DNA of 64,000 nt. It comes from an uncultured Spirochaetota bacterium (GTDB lineage Bacteria > Spirochaetota > Spirochaetia > SZUA-6 > CAVTHK01). Both the position numbers and the translations under genes were made by a program. The stretch lies in NCBI GenBank assembly GCA_963734495.1, contig CAVTHK010000016.1, positions 224,001 through 288,000 of the forward strand, in the 5' to 3' direction. Below, piece by piece: positions 50,252-61,036 of this stretch; within the stretch, counting starts at the first letter, position 1, and the number at the start of each line of letters is the position of its first letter. The notes beneath the pieces are model-generated. The model ran no database searches. It was not told where the DNA came from and saw only the letters and a list, made by a program, of their open reading frames with translations.

Positions 50252-50710
50252 ATGCGCAGGACCGAAAAGATGATCGGCGACCCCGCCCGCGTCGAGCGCC
50301 TGCTCGAGCAGGCCGGCGTTTGCCGGATCGCCTGGAACGGGAGGCCGTTCCCCTATGTCGTGCCCGTCAACTTCGCCTGCAGGGGCCGCACGCTCTACTT
50401 CCATTCGGCGCTGGAGGGCGAGAAGCTCGATCGCCTGCGCGAGGACCCGCACGTCTGCGTCGAGGTCGACGAGCAGCTCTCCATCCGGCCGGGCGACGCA
50501 CCGTGCTCCTGGAGCGCGCGCTACCGCAGCGTGATCGCCCGCGGGACGGCATCGCTCGTGCGCGACCCCGCCGAAAAGGCAGCCGCGCTCGAGCTGCTGC
50601 TGCACAAGTACTCCGGCCGGCCCGGCTGGTCCGTTCCGGCCGCCTCGCTGGACACGGTTGCCGTCGTGGCCATCGACCTGGGCGAGCTCACGGGCAAGGA
50701 ATCGCTGTAG
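50252..50710 (+). CDS. Pyridoxamine 5'-phosphate oxidase-like (NimA-like) flavin-binding protein
   Basis: PYVVPVNF, YFHSALEGEK, YRSVIARG, LTGK. Confidence 0.85.
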   Translation: MRRTEKMIGDPARVERLLEQAGVCRIAWNGRPFPYVVPVNFACRGRTLYFHSALEGEKLDRLREDPHVCVEVDEQLSIRPGDAPCSWSARYRSVIARGTASLVRDPAEKAAALELLLHKYSGRPGWSVPAASLDTVAVVAIDLGELTGKESL

Positions 50711-50772
50711 AGCGGGGCTTGCGAGACGCGCGCTTGTCGAGTCGATCGCGGGCGTGATAATCTCGCCTCACC

Positions 50773-51655
50773 ATGGCAAAGACAAAGACGAGCACAACGC
50801 ACAGAATCACGGGGCTTTCGCACGTGGCGCTCTTTACGAGCGATCTGCCGAAGACGATGAAGTTCTACGGGGACTTCCTCGGTTACCAGGAGCAGTTCCG
50901 GCTGACTGAGCCGGACGGACGGCTCGCCCTCACTTTCGTAAAGATCAACGACAAGCAGTGCATCGAGCTCTTCCCCGAGCGCGAGCCGAAGACCGACCGC
51001 CTGTACCAGGTCGCCTTGATCGTGGAAAACATCGAAGCGCTGCGGCAGCACCTCAAGTCGCACGGGATCGCCGTCCCCGATGTCGTCAAGAAGGGCCGCA
51101 TCGGCAACTCCAACTTCTCCGTGAAGGACCCGGACGGCCACATCGTCGAGTTCGTGCAGTACGAGCCCGACGGATGGACTGTCCGCGACAATGGCAAGCA
51201 CATGAGCGGCGATCGGATCTCCGCCTACATCCGCCACGTGGGCGTCACCGTGCGGTCCCTCGACAAGTCGCTCGCCTTCTACCGGGACATCCTGGGGTGC
51301 TCCGAGACCTGGCGCGGCAGCTCCGACGGAAAGATCCTCTCGTGGGTCAACATGAAGCTCCCGCACAGCGACGACTACGTCGAGCTGATGCTCTACAGCG
51401 ACCCGCCGTCGCTCGAGCGCCTCGGCGTCATGAACCACCTCTGCCTCGAGGTCAAGGACGTCCCCGCCTCGGCGGAGGCGCTCAAGGCGCGTGTCGCCCG
51501 CTCCGGCTACGACCGCCCCGTCGAGCACAAAGTCGGCATCAACCGACAGGCGCCTGATGAACCTGTTCGACCCCGACGGCACGCGCTCCGAGCTGATGGA
51601 GCCCGGGACGGTCGACGGCGTCCCGCCCGCCAACTCGACCGCGCCCGCGCCCTGA
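50773..51655 (+). CDS. Two-domain VOC/glyoxalase family protein; frameshift near 51548
   Basis: HVAL, FYGDFLG, DPDGHIVEF, HVGV, NHLC; other frame NLFDPDGTRSELME. Confidence 0.85.
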
Positions 51656-51680
51656 AAGGGCAGGACCGGAGAGGTCAATA

Positions 51681-52502
51681 ATGAAGAAGGCCGCCGCGGC
51701 GGCCGTAGGCTCCATGGACGAAGTCGCGCGCTACAACCGCGAGCGCTGGAACGAGCTCGCGTCCCGGGGGATTCTCTACAGCCGGCCATGGCTCGATCTC
51801 ACGCCGGAGATCGCGCGCGAGCGCGTGGATGCCGAGGGCGTGCTGCGCGGCGAGGCGCTGGCCGGCCGGGACGTGCTCTGCCTCGCGGGGGGCGGGGGAC
51901 AGCAGTCCGTCGCCTTCGCCCTGTTAGGCGCGCGCGTGACCGTCCTCGACCTCTCCGACGCCCAGCTCGCGACCGATCGGGCCGCGGCCGCGCATTACCG
52001 CGTGGACGTGCGCACGCTGCAGGGCGACATGAGAGACCTCGGCGCTTTCGCGGCGGCTGCCTTTGACGTCGTCTGGCACGCGCACTCCCTGAACTTCGTG
52101 CCGGATCCGCGGCCGGTCTTCTCCGAGGTGTCGCGCGTTCTTCGCCCGGGGGGCTTCTACCGCCTGAGCTACTCCAACCCGTTCTGCCACGGCATGGACC
52201 GGGAGCACGTCGAGAACGGCTGCTACCGGTTGTGCCTCCCGTATGCCGACGGCGCTGAGATCATTTGCCCAGACCCGGCGTGGACGTTTACCGACGGCTC
52301 GGGGCAGCACCAGTCGGTCGTCGGCCCGCGCGAGTTCCGGCACACCCTCGGCACGGTCATCAACCACCCGGGTTCCCTGGGAATGCGGCTGATCGGCCTG
52401 TGGGAGGACACCGGGCCCGAGGGCGAAGTGGAGGCGGGGAGCTGGGAGGCCTCGCTCAGGGTCGCCCCCCAGTTCCTCAGCCTCTGGTACAGACGCGCCT
52501 GA
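51681..52502 (+). CDS. Class I SAM-dependent methyltransferase
   Basis: VLCLAGGGGQQS, LDLS, GDM, RVLRPGG. Confidence 0.88.
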   Translation: MKKAAAAAVGSMDEVARYNRERWNELASRGILYSRPWLDLTPEIARERVDAEGVLRGEALAGRDVLCLAGGGGQQSVAFALLGARVTVLDLSDAQLATDRAAAAHYRVDVRTLQGDMRDLGAFAAAAFDVVWHAHSLNFVPDPRPVFSEVSRVLRPGGFYRLSYSNPFCHGMDREHVENGCYRLCLPYADGAEIICPDPAWTFTDGSGQHQSVVGPREFRHTLGTVINHPGSLGMRLIGLWEDTGPEGEVEAGSWEASLRVAPQFLSLWYRRA

Positions 52503-52514
52503 GCGCGCTGTCGC

Positions 52515-53102
52515 TCACGCAACGGGCGCGCGCTCCAGCCGCCAATACTCGCCGCCGCCGCCCTCGCGGCCCATGAAGCCGTACTCGACGAGGTGACGGC
52601 GCAGCCGCGCCGTGTCCTCGCTGAAGCGCTTCAGTATCCGGTTGACCTGCTTCTCGCTGTAGCGCCTGCCCGTCTCGAATGCCTCGACGACACGGCGGAG
52701 GAGGACTTCTTCTTTCTTGCGCTGGACGGGGAAGGCCTCGATCCTGCCGTCCGGCGTCATGTACGTGTTGAGCACCTTCCGGTCGTACGCGTCGACATCG
52801 ACGTCCGCGGCTACCGCGGGGAGCGTCTCGGCCACGAGGAGTCGCTGCGACATCTCCATGAGCCAGGTTACCTCGAGGCGGTAGACGCTGTAGTAGCCTT
52901 CGGCCCGTGCGCTCACGAGGCCGGCCCGCGAGAGCAGCGAGAGGTGATGCGACACAGTCGAGGAGCTCAGCCCGAGCATTTCGGCAAGCTGCTCCACCGA
53001 CAGCGCTTCTTTCGCGAGAAGCGCGACGATCTTGAGCCGGTTCGGGTCGGACAGCGCCTTGAAAAAAGAAAGCAGCTCCTGGAACGACTTCTCATTCATC
53101 AT
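52515..53102 (-). CDS. ArsR/SmtB-family regulator with C-terminal DUF2087
   Basis: FKALSDPNRLKI, STVSHHL; YSEKQVN..D.ARLRRHLVEYG. Confidence 0.88.
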   Translation of the reverse strand: MMNEKSFQELLSFFKALSDPNRLKIVALLAKEALSVEQLAEMLGLSSSTVSHHLSLLSRAGLVSARAEGYYSVYRLEVTWLMEMSQRLLVAETLPAVAADVDVDAYDRKVLNTYMTPDGRIEAFPVQRKKEEVLLRRVVEAFETGRRYSEKQVNRILKRFSEDTARLRRHLVEYGFMGREGGGGEYWRLERAPVA

Positions 53103-53120
53103 GGCAGCCTCATCAAATTG

Positions 53121-53169
53121 ATTTGATATATATCGATCTAATTATACATACATCGAATCAGGGCGTCAA
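53121..53169 (-). promoter_or_regulatory. Consensus promoter with AT-rich palindromic operator for the ArsR-family gene
   Basis: TTGACG-17nt-TATAAT; imperfect palindrome TTTGATATATATCGAT at 53122-53137. Confidence 0.7.
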
Positions 53170-53228
53170 GCGCTGGCGGGCACGGGAGCCGGTGGACACT
53201 GCTGTCGGCCAGCGGCTACGGTGGCGCC

Positions 53229-53729
53229 ATGCAGACGATGCAGAAGGACCAGCTCAGGCTCCGCATGGCCCGGCCGGAGGACGTGACGACGATCCTCCGC
53301 TTCGTTCGCGAGCTCGCCGGCTTCGAGCGCCTGCTCGACCGCGTGACCGCCACGGAGGAGGACCTGCGGGCGAGCCTCTTTGGCGCCCGCCCGTACGCCG
53401 AAGTGATCCTTGCGGAAACGGATCGGCCCGTGGGGTTCGCGCTCTTCTTCCACAACTACTCAACCTTCCTCGGCCGGCCGGGGATCTACCTTGAGGACAT
53501 CTATGTCGAGCCGGAGGCAAGGGGGCACGGCGTGGGAAGCGCCCTGATACGGTACGTGGCGAAGCTCGCTGTGGAGCGGCGCTGCGGCCGTCTGGAGTGG
53601 GCCGTGCTGGACTGGAACCGCAACGCGATCGCCTTCTACCGCTCGTTGGGGGCCGAGGCCATGGACGAGTGGACGGTCTATCGCGTGACGGGCAAGTCGC
53701 TCGAGCGTCTGGGGGCGGCAGCCGGGTGA
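53229..53729 (+). CDS. GNAT N-acetyltransferase (diamine acetyltransferase-like)
   Basis: FFHNYSTFLGRPGIYLEDIYV, RGHGVG, VLDWN..AIAFY. Confidence 0.9.
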   Translation: MQTMQKDQLRLRMARPEDVTTILRFVRELAGFERLLDRVTATEEDLRASLFGARPYAEVILAETDRPVGFALFFHNYSTFLGRPGIYLEDIYVEPEARGHGVGSALIRYVAKLAVERRCGRLEWAVLDWNRNAIAFYRSLGAEAMDEWTVYRVTGKSLERLGAAAG

Positions 53730-54593
53730 GCGCGGATCGACCGACGGAGCTGTTCGTCGCCGACCTCGACGGCACGCTGCTCGGCCCGGACGCCCGGCTG
53801 TCCGCGTTCGCGAGGGAGGCGCTCGGGCGCATCTTCGAGGCGGGGGCGCTCTTCACCGTGGCGAGCGCGCGCAGCGTCCAGTCGATGCGGCCGATCCTCG
53901 GCGACCTGCCCTTGAGGCTGCCCGTGGTCACGCTGAACGGGGCGATCGTGTCGGATTTCCGCACGGCCAGGCACGAGCGAGTGGTCTCCATCGCGGCGGG
54001 GGCGCTGCGCGTCGTCCTGGAGACGGCCGCGGCCCTCGGCCTGAAACCCTTCATCACATCGTTCGATGGCGCGAGGGACAATCTCTACATTCCGCCGCCC
54101 GCCAACGACGGCGCCGCCTGGTACCTTGCCAATCGCCGTGAAGCGCGCGACCCGCGCCTGCGCGATGGGTACGAGCCGGACGTCTGGCTCGCAGAGCAGA
54201 TCGTGACCCTCACGTTCATAGACACGCAGGGCGCGGCTGGAACCGCTCGTCGCCGCGGTTGACGGGAGCCGGCTCCCGCTCGCCCTCGCGTTCACCCCGC
54301 ACATCTACACGTCGGGGTGGTACTGGCTCACGGTCCACAGCGGCGACGCGAGGAAGGATGCGGCGATCCGGGATCTGCAGCGGCGCCACGGGCTCGAACG
54401 CTGCCCGGTCGTGGCCTTCGGCGACCAGGCCAACGACGTGCCGCTGCTGCGCGCCGCTGACCACGGCGTCGCCGTCGCGAATGCCGACGCCGACGCGAAG
54501 GCGGCCGCGCGCGAAATCATCGGCCCCAACTCGGAGGACTCAGTGCCGCGGTACATCCTCAGACGGCTGGGGCTGGGGTCACAGGCGGGGTAA
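53726..54593 (+). CDS. Cof-type HAD hydrolase; frameshift near 54235
   Basis: DLDGTLL, ASAR, NGA, FGDQAND, AVANA. Confidence 0.88.
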
Positions 54594-54780
54594 GGCGAAA
54601 ACAGCGGGGCCCGGCGGCATTGTCGCCTCCCGGGCGCCACATAGACGTATCGGGCCTCCCGGCGTCAAGAGGCGTGAGCGGACCTGACAACCGTGTGGCT
54701 CCCTCCGGCGATTTGACCGTCAGGCGTGCAGAACTGCAGAATATGGCTGTTGGGCAGGCTTCGAGAAGGAGACCGGCTCC

Positions 54781-55782
54781 ATGAACAAAAAGGAGAACTG
54801 GCTAAGGCTGATTCGCGGCGACAACCCTGGCTGGATCGGACCGCCGTGGGAAGCCTTCAAGGGGAACCTCTTCAAGGATATCTTCGTCGGCGACCCGATC
54901 ACGCAGTCGATGTTACCCCGCGAGGTAGTCTATGACGCTCCCCAGAAGGACCGTTGGGGCGTCACCTTTCTATGGCTCTCCGGCACGGTCGCTCGAAACC
55001 CGCATATCACTGCCGAGAACAAGGTCGTTCCCGATGTTCGGCAGTGGAGAGAAAGCGTCGTGTTCCCGCCGCTCGACGGATATGACTGGAACCCCGCCAG
55101 GGAGTTTGTGGCGTCTGTCGACCGCAGCGAATACCTGACTGTCTGCTGGTCGTCCGGTGGCCTGTTCGAGCGCTCCCACTTCCTGATGGGCTTCGAGGAT
55201 GCGCTCTGCAACTACATGCAGATCCCTGGGGCGATGTACGACCTTGCGGGGGCAATAGCCGACTGGAAGATCGGCCACCTCGAGCGCACAATCGACAATC
55301 TCCACCCGGACGTTGTCCTCTATCACGACGACTGGGGATGCAAGAGCTCTCTGTTCATCCCTCCCGATGTGTGGCGCCGGATCATCAAGCCCCATCAGAA
55401 GCGTATTGTCGACGCGGTCAGGTCCCGAGGTGTGATCTTTATGCACCATGCGGACTGTATTTGCGAACCGATCGTCGAAGATATGGCCGACATCGGAGTT
55501 GATGTCTGGCAGGGGGTCATCCCTCAGAACGACATACCAGCCATCCAGCGAAGACTTGCAGGACGAATGGCGCTGATCGGTGGAATCGATGCACAGCTCA
55601 TCGACAAGCCTCAATGCGATGAGCAAGCAATCCGAAAGGAGGTGCGGCGATGCATCGACACCTACTGTCCGGCTGGTCATTTCGTGCCGTGCATCCCGAA
55701 CATCGTGCCCCTCTTCCCGGAGGTTGAACGAGTCTACCATGATGAGCTCAGCGTCTATGGCAGAGACTTCTTTCGACGCTAA
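54781..55782 (+). CDS. Uroporphyrinogen decarboxylase / MtaA-CmuA family protein
   Basis: DRWGV, GLFERSHFLMGFEDAL, HDDWG, GGIDAQ. Confidence 0.8.
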   Translation: MNKKENWLRLIRGDNPGWIGPPWEAFKGNLFKDIFVGDPITQSMLPREVVYDAPQKDRWGVTFLWLSGTVARNPHITAENKVVPDVRQWRESVVFPPLDGYDWNPAREFVASVDRSEYLTVCWSSGGLFERSHFLMGFEDALCNYMQIPGAMYDLAGAIADWKIGHLERTIDNLHPDVVLYHDDWGCKSSLFIPPDVWRRIIKPHQKRIVDAVRSRGVIFMHHADCICEPIVEDMADIGVDVWQGVIPQNDIPAIQRRLAGRMALIGGIDAQLIDKPQCDEQAIRKEVRRCIDTYCPAGHFVPCIPNIVPLFPEVERVYHDELSVYGRDFFRR

Positions 55783-55831
55783 TCAGCGAAAGAACACCGG
55801 CATGCGCAACGATGTCGCACGAGGCAAGAAA

Positions 55832-56188
55832 ATGGCTCGTGACATTGGAGTCGTCAATCGGTACTCAGTGCTTCCCGGCAACCAGGATGATGTCAAGAAG
55901 CTGCTGCGTGCACTTGTCGAGAGAGTTCGATCCGAGGATCCAGGCACGCTCAGTTTCGAGTGGTATTTCGGCGACAACGAGAATGAACTGTACCTGGTGG
56001 GGCAGCGGAGGGATTCCGAGGCCCTGATCGCCCACGAGGCCCTGTTCGCCGAAGATCCGCTTGTCCAGCAGTTTCAGGCGAAGGCGCCCGTCAATCGGTC
56101 GGAGCTCTTCGGCAACATGTCGCGCGACCTCGCGGAGTTGCTCCCCAGCATCACGTCGTACAAATCCCGGGACGGGTTCACGCGATAG
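55832..56188 (+). CDS. ABM-domain (putative quinol monooxygenase) protein
   Basis: DPGTLSFEWYF, DSEALIAH, GFTR terminus. Confidence 0.7.
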   Translation: MARDIGVVNRYSVLPGNQDDVKKLLRALVERVRSEDPGTLSFEWYFGDNENELYLVGQRRDSEALIAHEALFAEDPLVQQFQAKAPVNRSELFGNMSRDLAELLPSITSYKSRDGFTR

Positions 56189-56326
56189 GGCTGACGGGGC
56201 GAGCAAACGGCTGCTATGACCCCGTCACCCTCTTGGCGAGGCAGCAGCCGATCTGCTGCTGCGGGCCATGACGCGACGCTCGCTGACAGACTCACGGTGA
56301 TGCGGGTCAGGGCAACTCTATAAAGC

Positions 56327-56358
56327 AAAAAGGGTTGCGGCTTCTGACCGCAACCCTT
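56327..56358 (-). terminator. Intrinsic terminator after tRNA-Gln
   Basis: AAGGGTTGCGG-TCAGAAG-CCGCAACCCTT followed by TTT. Confidence 0.85.
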
Positions 56359-56365
56359 CGAAACC

Positions 56366-56436
56366 CTGCCCGGGAAGGGCTCGAACCTCCACAACAAGAT
56401 CCAGAGTCTTGCGTGCTACCATTACACCACCGGGCA
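56366..56436 (-). tRNA. tRNA-Gln(CTG)
   Basis: TGCCCGG/CCGGGCA acceptor, CAAGA-CTCTGGA-TCTTG anticodon arm, GGAGG-TTCGAGC-CCTTC T arm; upstream TTGACA-18nt-TATTCT. Confidence 0.95.
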
Positions 56437-56534
56437 ACTAAAACGAAGAATAGCGCGACGGCCGCCCGAATGTCAACAACGGGGCCTGAAAATGGCCGAA
56501 TTCGGCGCCGCCGGCTGCGTTATACTGATCCCGA

Positions 56535-57614
56535 ATGGAACGGAAACGGCTGATCGAACGGCAGGCGGAGCTGTGCGGCCTCATCGGCTGCCCGGGCTAC
56601 GAGGACGAGGTGGCGGCGTACATCGTGGAGCGTGTCAGGCCGCTCGCGGACGAGACCCGCATCGACGCGCTCGGCAGCGTTCTCGCGGTTCGCCGCGGCA
56701 CGGCCAGGGACGCGCCGCGCATCCTGCTCGACGCCCACATGGACGAGGTGGGGTTCATGGTGAGCGCCGTCGACGAGCGGGGCTTCCTGCGCATCGTCCC
56801 GCTCGGCGGGATCGATCGCGCGCTCATGCCCGGCGCTCAGCTCGTCTTCGCGGCGCAGGGCGCCAGGAGAGTGTACGGGGTCGTCGGCACCCTTCCTCCG
56901 CACGTCACGAAGCCCGAGGAGCGAGGCAAGGCGCCGGAGATCCCCGACCTCTACGTGGACGTCGGCGCCGCGACCGCGGCCGAAGCGGCCGCCCTGGGGC
57001 TCCGGGTCGGCTCCACCGGCACGTTCGACGCACCGTTCCGCAACCTGGGCGACCGCATCCTGATGGGACGGGCCTTCGACGACCGCGCCGCCTGCAACAT
57101 CGTGCTCGCCGTGCTGGAGGAGCTCGCGGCTGCACGGCCGGAAGCCACGGTGCAGGCGTGCTTCAGCTCCCAGGAAGAAGTAGGGGGAAGGGGAGCCACC
57201 GCGGCCGCGTTCGCTCTCGAGCCGGACGTCGCGGTGGCGATCGAGTGCACGACGGCCACGGACACGCCGGGCGTCCCGCCGGAAAAGACAGTGGCGCGAC
57301 TCGGCGCGGGACCGGTGCTCACGATCGCCGACAATTCGCTGCTGGTCCCGGCGCGGCTGCTCGCGCTGCAGGAGGAGGCCGCCGGCGCCGCCGGCGTCCC
57401 GTTCCAGCACAAGCGGCCGATCTACGGCGGAACCGACGGCGGCCGCATCGCGCTCACGCGGGGAGGCGTGCCGACGTGCGTGGTCTCGGTGCCTTGCCGC
57501 TACATCCACGCCCCGGCCGGCATCCTGCTCGTCGACGACCTGGAAAACGCGGTGAAGTTAGTCGTCCAGATGTGCCGGGCGCCCTGGCCCCGCAGGCCGC
57601 TCACGACAGGATAG
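56535..57614 (+). CDS. M42-family metallopeptidase (TET-like)
   Basis: DAHMDEVG, AFDDR, QEEVG.RGA, GGTDG, RYIH. Confidence 0.92.
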   Translation: MERKRLIERQAELCGLIGCPGYEDEVAAYIVERVRPLADETRIDALGSVLAVRRGTARDAPRILLDAHMDEVGFMVSAVDERGFLRIVPLGGIDRALMPGAQLVFAAQGARRVYGVVGTLPPHVTKPEERGKAPEIPDLYVDVGAATAAEAAALGLRVGSTGTFDAPFRNLGDRILMGRAFDDRAACNIVLAVLEELAAARPEATVQACFSSQEEVGGRGATAAAFALEPDVAVAIECTTATDTPGVPPEKTVARLGAGPVLTIADNSLLVPARLLALQEEAAGAAGVPFQHKRPIYGGTDGGRIALTRGGVPTCVVSVPCRYIHAPAGILLVDDLENAVKLVVQMCRAPWPRRPLTTG

Positions 57615-60600
57615 CGAGCCGGTCTTTCAGGAACTCCGACTTCTCCTTGAGCCCGACGCTCCCCGTGCGCAGGAACAGGCAGTTCGGCCGCGCTGAGTCG
57701 AGGTACACGGAGCCCTGACTCTCACGGATCAGCCTGAGGACGCGGTCGACCGGGACGCGCGAGACCTGCGCGAACTCGACCGTGGCGAGCCCGCCCCGCT
57801 CGCGCAGGCTCGAGACGAAGAGCTTGCGGCAGATGATGCGGATCTCCGACATCGAGAGGATGCTGAATACCTCGTCGGGCAGAGGGCCGAAGCGGTCCTC
57901 GAGCTCGGCGTATACCGCGTCGTGCTCGTCCTGGGTCGTGATCGAGGCGATGCGCTTGTAGACTTCCATCTTCTCCATCGCGTCCGGGATGTAGGAGTCG
58001 GGGATGAACCCCGAGTACTCGAGCTCGAGGAGCACCTCCGGCGGCGTATCCTCCTCCTCCTGGCGCAGCTCCCGGATCGCCTCGTCGAGGAGGCGGATGT
58101 ACATGTCGTAGCCGACGGCGAGGATGTCGCCGCTCTGCTCGCGCCCGAGGAGGTTTCCGGCGCCGCGGATCTCGAGGTCCTTCATCGCGATCTTGAACCC
58201 GGAGCCGAGCTCGGTGAAGTCCGAGATGATGCGCAGCCTCTTCATGGCGAGCTCGGTCAGCGCGCGCTGGTCCGGGTACAGAAGGTAGGCGTATGCCGCC
58301 GTCTCGGAGCGGCCCACGCGCCCCTTGAGCTGGTAGAGCTGGGCGACCCCGAACATGTCCGCACGGTCGATGATGATCGTGTTGACGTTCGGGATGTCGA
58401 GCCCGTTCTCGATGATGGTCGTCGAGAGCAGCACCTGGAACTCGCCGTGCACGAACCGGCGCATGATGTCCTCGAGCTCGTCGCCGTGCATCTGGCCGTG
58501 CGCCGCCTCCACGGAGACGTCGGGCAGCAGCTCGCTCAGGAACAGGTGCGTCTGCGGCATCGTCTCGACGCGGTTGTGCAGGAAATACACCTGCCCGCCG
58601 CGCGCGATCTCGGCACGCACGGCCCGCGAAACGATCTCGGCGTTGAACTCCATGATGAAGGTCTCTATCGGCTGCCTGTTGGCGGGTGCGGTGTTGAGGA
58701 TCGACATGTCGCGGATGCGCATCAGGGACATGTGCAGCGTGCGCGGGATCGGCGTCGCGGTCAGGGTGAGGCAGTCGACGGAGACCTTGAGCTCCTTGAG
58801 GCGCTCCTTGTCCTTGACGCCGAACCGCTGCTCCTCGTCGACGACGATCAGCCCGAGGTTCTTGAACGCGACGTCCTTCTGCAGGAGCCGGTGCGTGCCG
58901 ATGACCAGGTCGACGGCGCCGGAGGCGATCCCCTTGATGACCGAGTGCTGCTCGCGGCGCGAGAGGAAGCGGGAGAGCATCGCGATGCGGACGGGGAACT
59001 TCTCGAAGCGCTGCCGGAACGTGTCGAAATGCTGCTCGACGAGGATCGTCGTCGGCGCGAGGATTGCGACCTGCTTGCCCGCGCTCACGGCCTTGAAGGC
59101 GGCGCGGAGGGCGATTTCGGTCTTGCCGTAGCCGACATCGCCGCAGACCATGCGGTCCATCGGCTGCGGCTTTTCCATGTCGGCCTTGACATCCTCGATG
59201 CACCGCAGCTGATCTTCAGTTTCCTGGTAGGGGAACCCCGCCTCGAACTCCGCCTGCCAGTCCGTGTCCTCGCGGAAAGCGGAAGCCCTGCTCGTTCTGC
59301 CGGCGTGAATAGAGGCGTATCAGGCGCTCCGCCAGGTCGTTGACCGACTCCTTGACGCGCCGCTTGCGCCCTTCCCACGACTTTCCCCCGATCTTGTCGA
59401 GACGGACCAGCCGGCCGTCCTGGGCGATGTACTTCTGGACGAGGTTGACCTGCTCGATGGGCACGTAGACGGTTTCGCCTTCGGCGTACTCGAGGTGGAT
59501 GTAGTCGCGCTCGCTGCCCAGGGCGGCGAGGCGCACGATCCCCTGGAAACGGCCGATGCCGTGGTTGATGTGCACGACGTAATCGCCGGGATCGAGGTCG
59601 ACAAAGGAGTCGATCGCGCGGCTCGGGGCCTTCTGCACGGAGCGGGGGATCCGGCGCTTGCGGCCGAAGATCTCGCTCTCCTGGATCGCGCAGAGCTTGA
59701 GGTCGGGCAGGACGAAGCCCTGCGAAAGGCTGTCGGGAAGGATCTCGACGGGCAGGTCGCGGAGGATCGCCTTGAGGCGCTCGGCCTGGGCCTCGTAGAC
59801 CGCGAACACCGTGACGCCGTAGCCGGACTTGAGGAGATTCGCGACTTCCTCGCGGAGGTAGGCGAAGTTCCCGAAGAAGGAGCGCGGGGGCTCGCATCGG
59901 AAGTCGATCGCGGCAGAGGGCGCGCCCCCGCGGATCATCGGGAAGGTCACGCGGTGGCCGCCCGCGCGCTCCAGCGCCTCCATCTCGAGCAGGATTTCCC
60001 GGGGGCGGGCGGCCGGGAGCTTGCGCGAGACGGCCTGCCGGTAGAGCTCGAGGTGTTCCTTGCGGATGCCGGCCGCCGCGCTCTCCAGGCGCTCGTCATC
60101 GACGAGGTAGGTGACCGCCCCGCCGGTCATGTAGTCCAGCAGCGACGACGGCTGGTCGTAGAGCAGCGGGTACCAGTGCTCGGCGCCGCCCCGATCGGGC
60201 TCGCGCTCGAGCCGTTCGCCGACCGAGGCCGCGGCATCGGGGGCGGCGCCCGCAGCGGCGAGGGCGGCCGCGAGCCTCTCCAGCCGCCCGGCGCCCAGGT
60301 CCGCCTCACGCATCGGCGCCACCACCACGTGCGGCAGCCGCCCCGTCGACGACTGTGTGGAGGGGTCGAATCGGCGCACCTCGTCGACGCGGTCGAAGTC
60401 CAGCAGCACGCGCACGGCTTCGGGGGCGCCGGCAGGGAAGACGTCGATCACTTCGCCCCTGACCGCGAACTCGCCGTGCACGGAGACCCGCGGCACTCTG
60501 AGGTAGCCGAGCGAGTCGAGGCGTGACTCGAGGTCCGCCGGGTCCAGGCTGCCTCCCTTTTCGATCCTGACGAGCCTCGCGGCGAACTCGGCGGGCGAGG

Positions 60601-61000
60601 GGAGCGGGGTGAGGACGGCCCGCATCGGCGCGACCACGAGGGGGGAGCCGCCGGCCAGGAGCGACGCGAGCACAGCCGCCCGCTCCGCGAACACGGACGC
60701 GGGCGGCGACGCATCGCCGTACGGCAGCGTCCCCCACCACGGGAAAAGCAGCACGGTCGACTCGCAGACCAGGTCCAGGTCCTGGTGCAGCGAAGCGGCT
60801 TCGCGCTCGGTGGGGACCAGCACGAGCGAGGCCCCGGCGGTGCGTTTGTGGAGCGAGGCGATCAGCAGCGGCAGGAACCCGTGCTGCGTGCCTTCGACCC
60901 TGATGGAGCTCTCGCCGCCGCGCAGCCGTGCGACCAGCGCACGGTAGGGGGAAAACGACGATAATTGCTTCTCTAGGCGCTCTCGGAATAAGGTAATCAT
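57601..61000 (-). CDS. mfd: Transcription-repair coupling factor; frameshift near 59270
   Basis: VRGEVIDVF, GDYVVHINHGIGRF, CGDVGYGKTE, DEEQRFG, TATPIPRTL, GRVGR, TRCF C-terminus. Confidence 0.95.
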
Positions 61001-61036
61001 GCCGGAATCCGACAATGATAGGGGGTGGTGACAGTA

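Noticed and set aside
45900-56200. Integron cassette array
   Set aside because: No paired RYYYAAC...GTTRRRY attC structures (only a lone GTTGGGC near 54749), mixed gene orientations and no intI.
56366-56390. attR duplicate of the tRNA-Gln 3' end
   Set aside because: No convincing copy found by eye (49551-49563 is only a loose GC-rich match), and the tRNA keeps an adjacent terminator.
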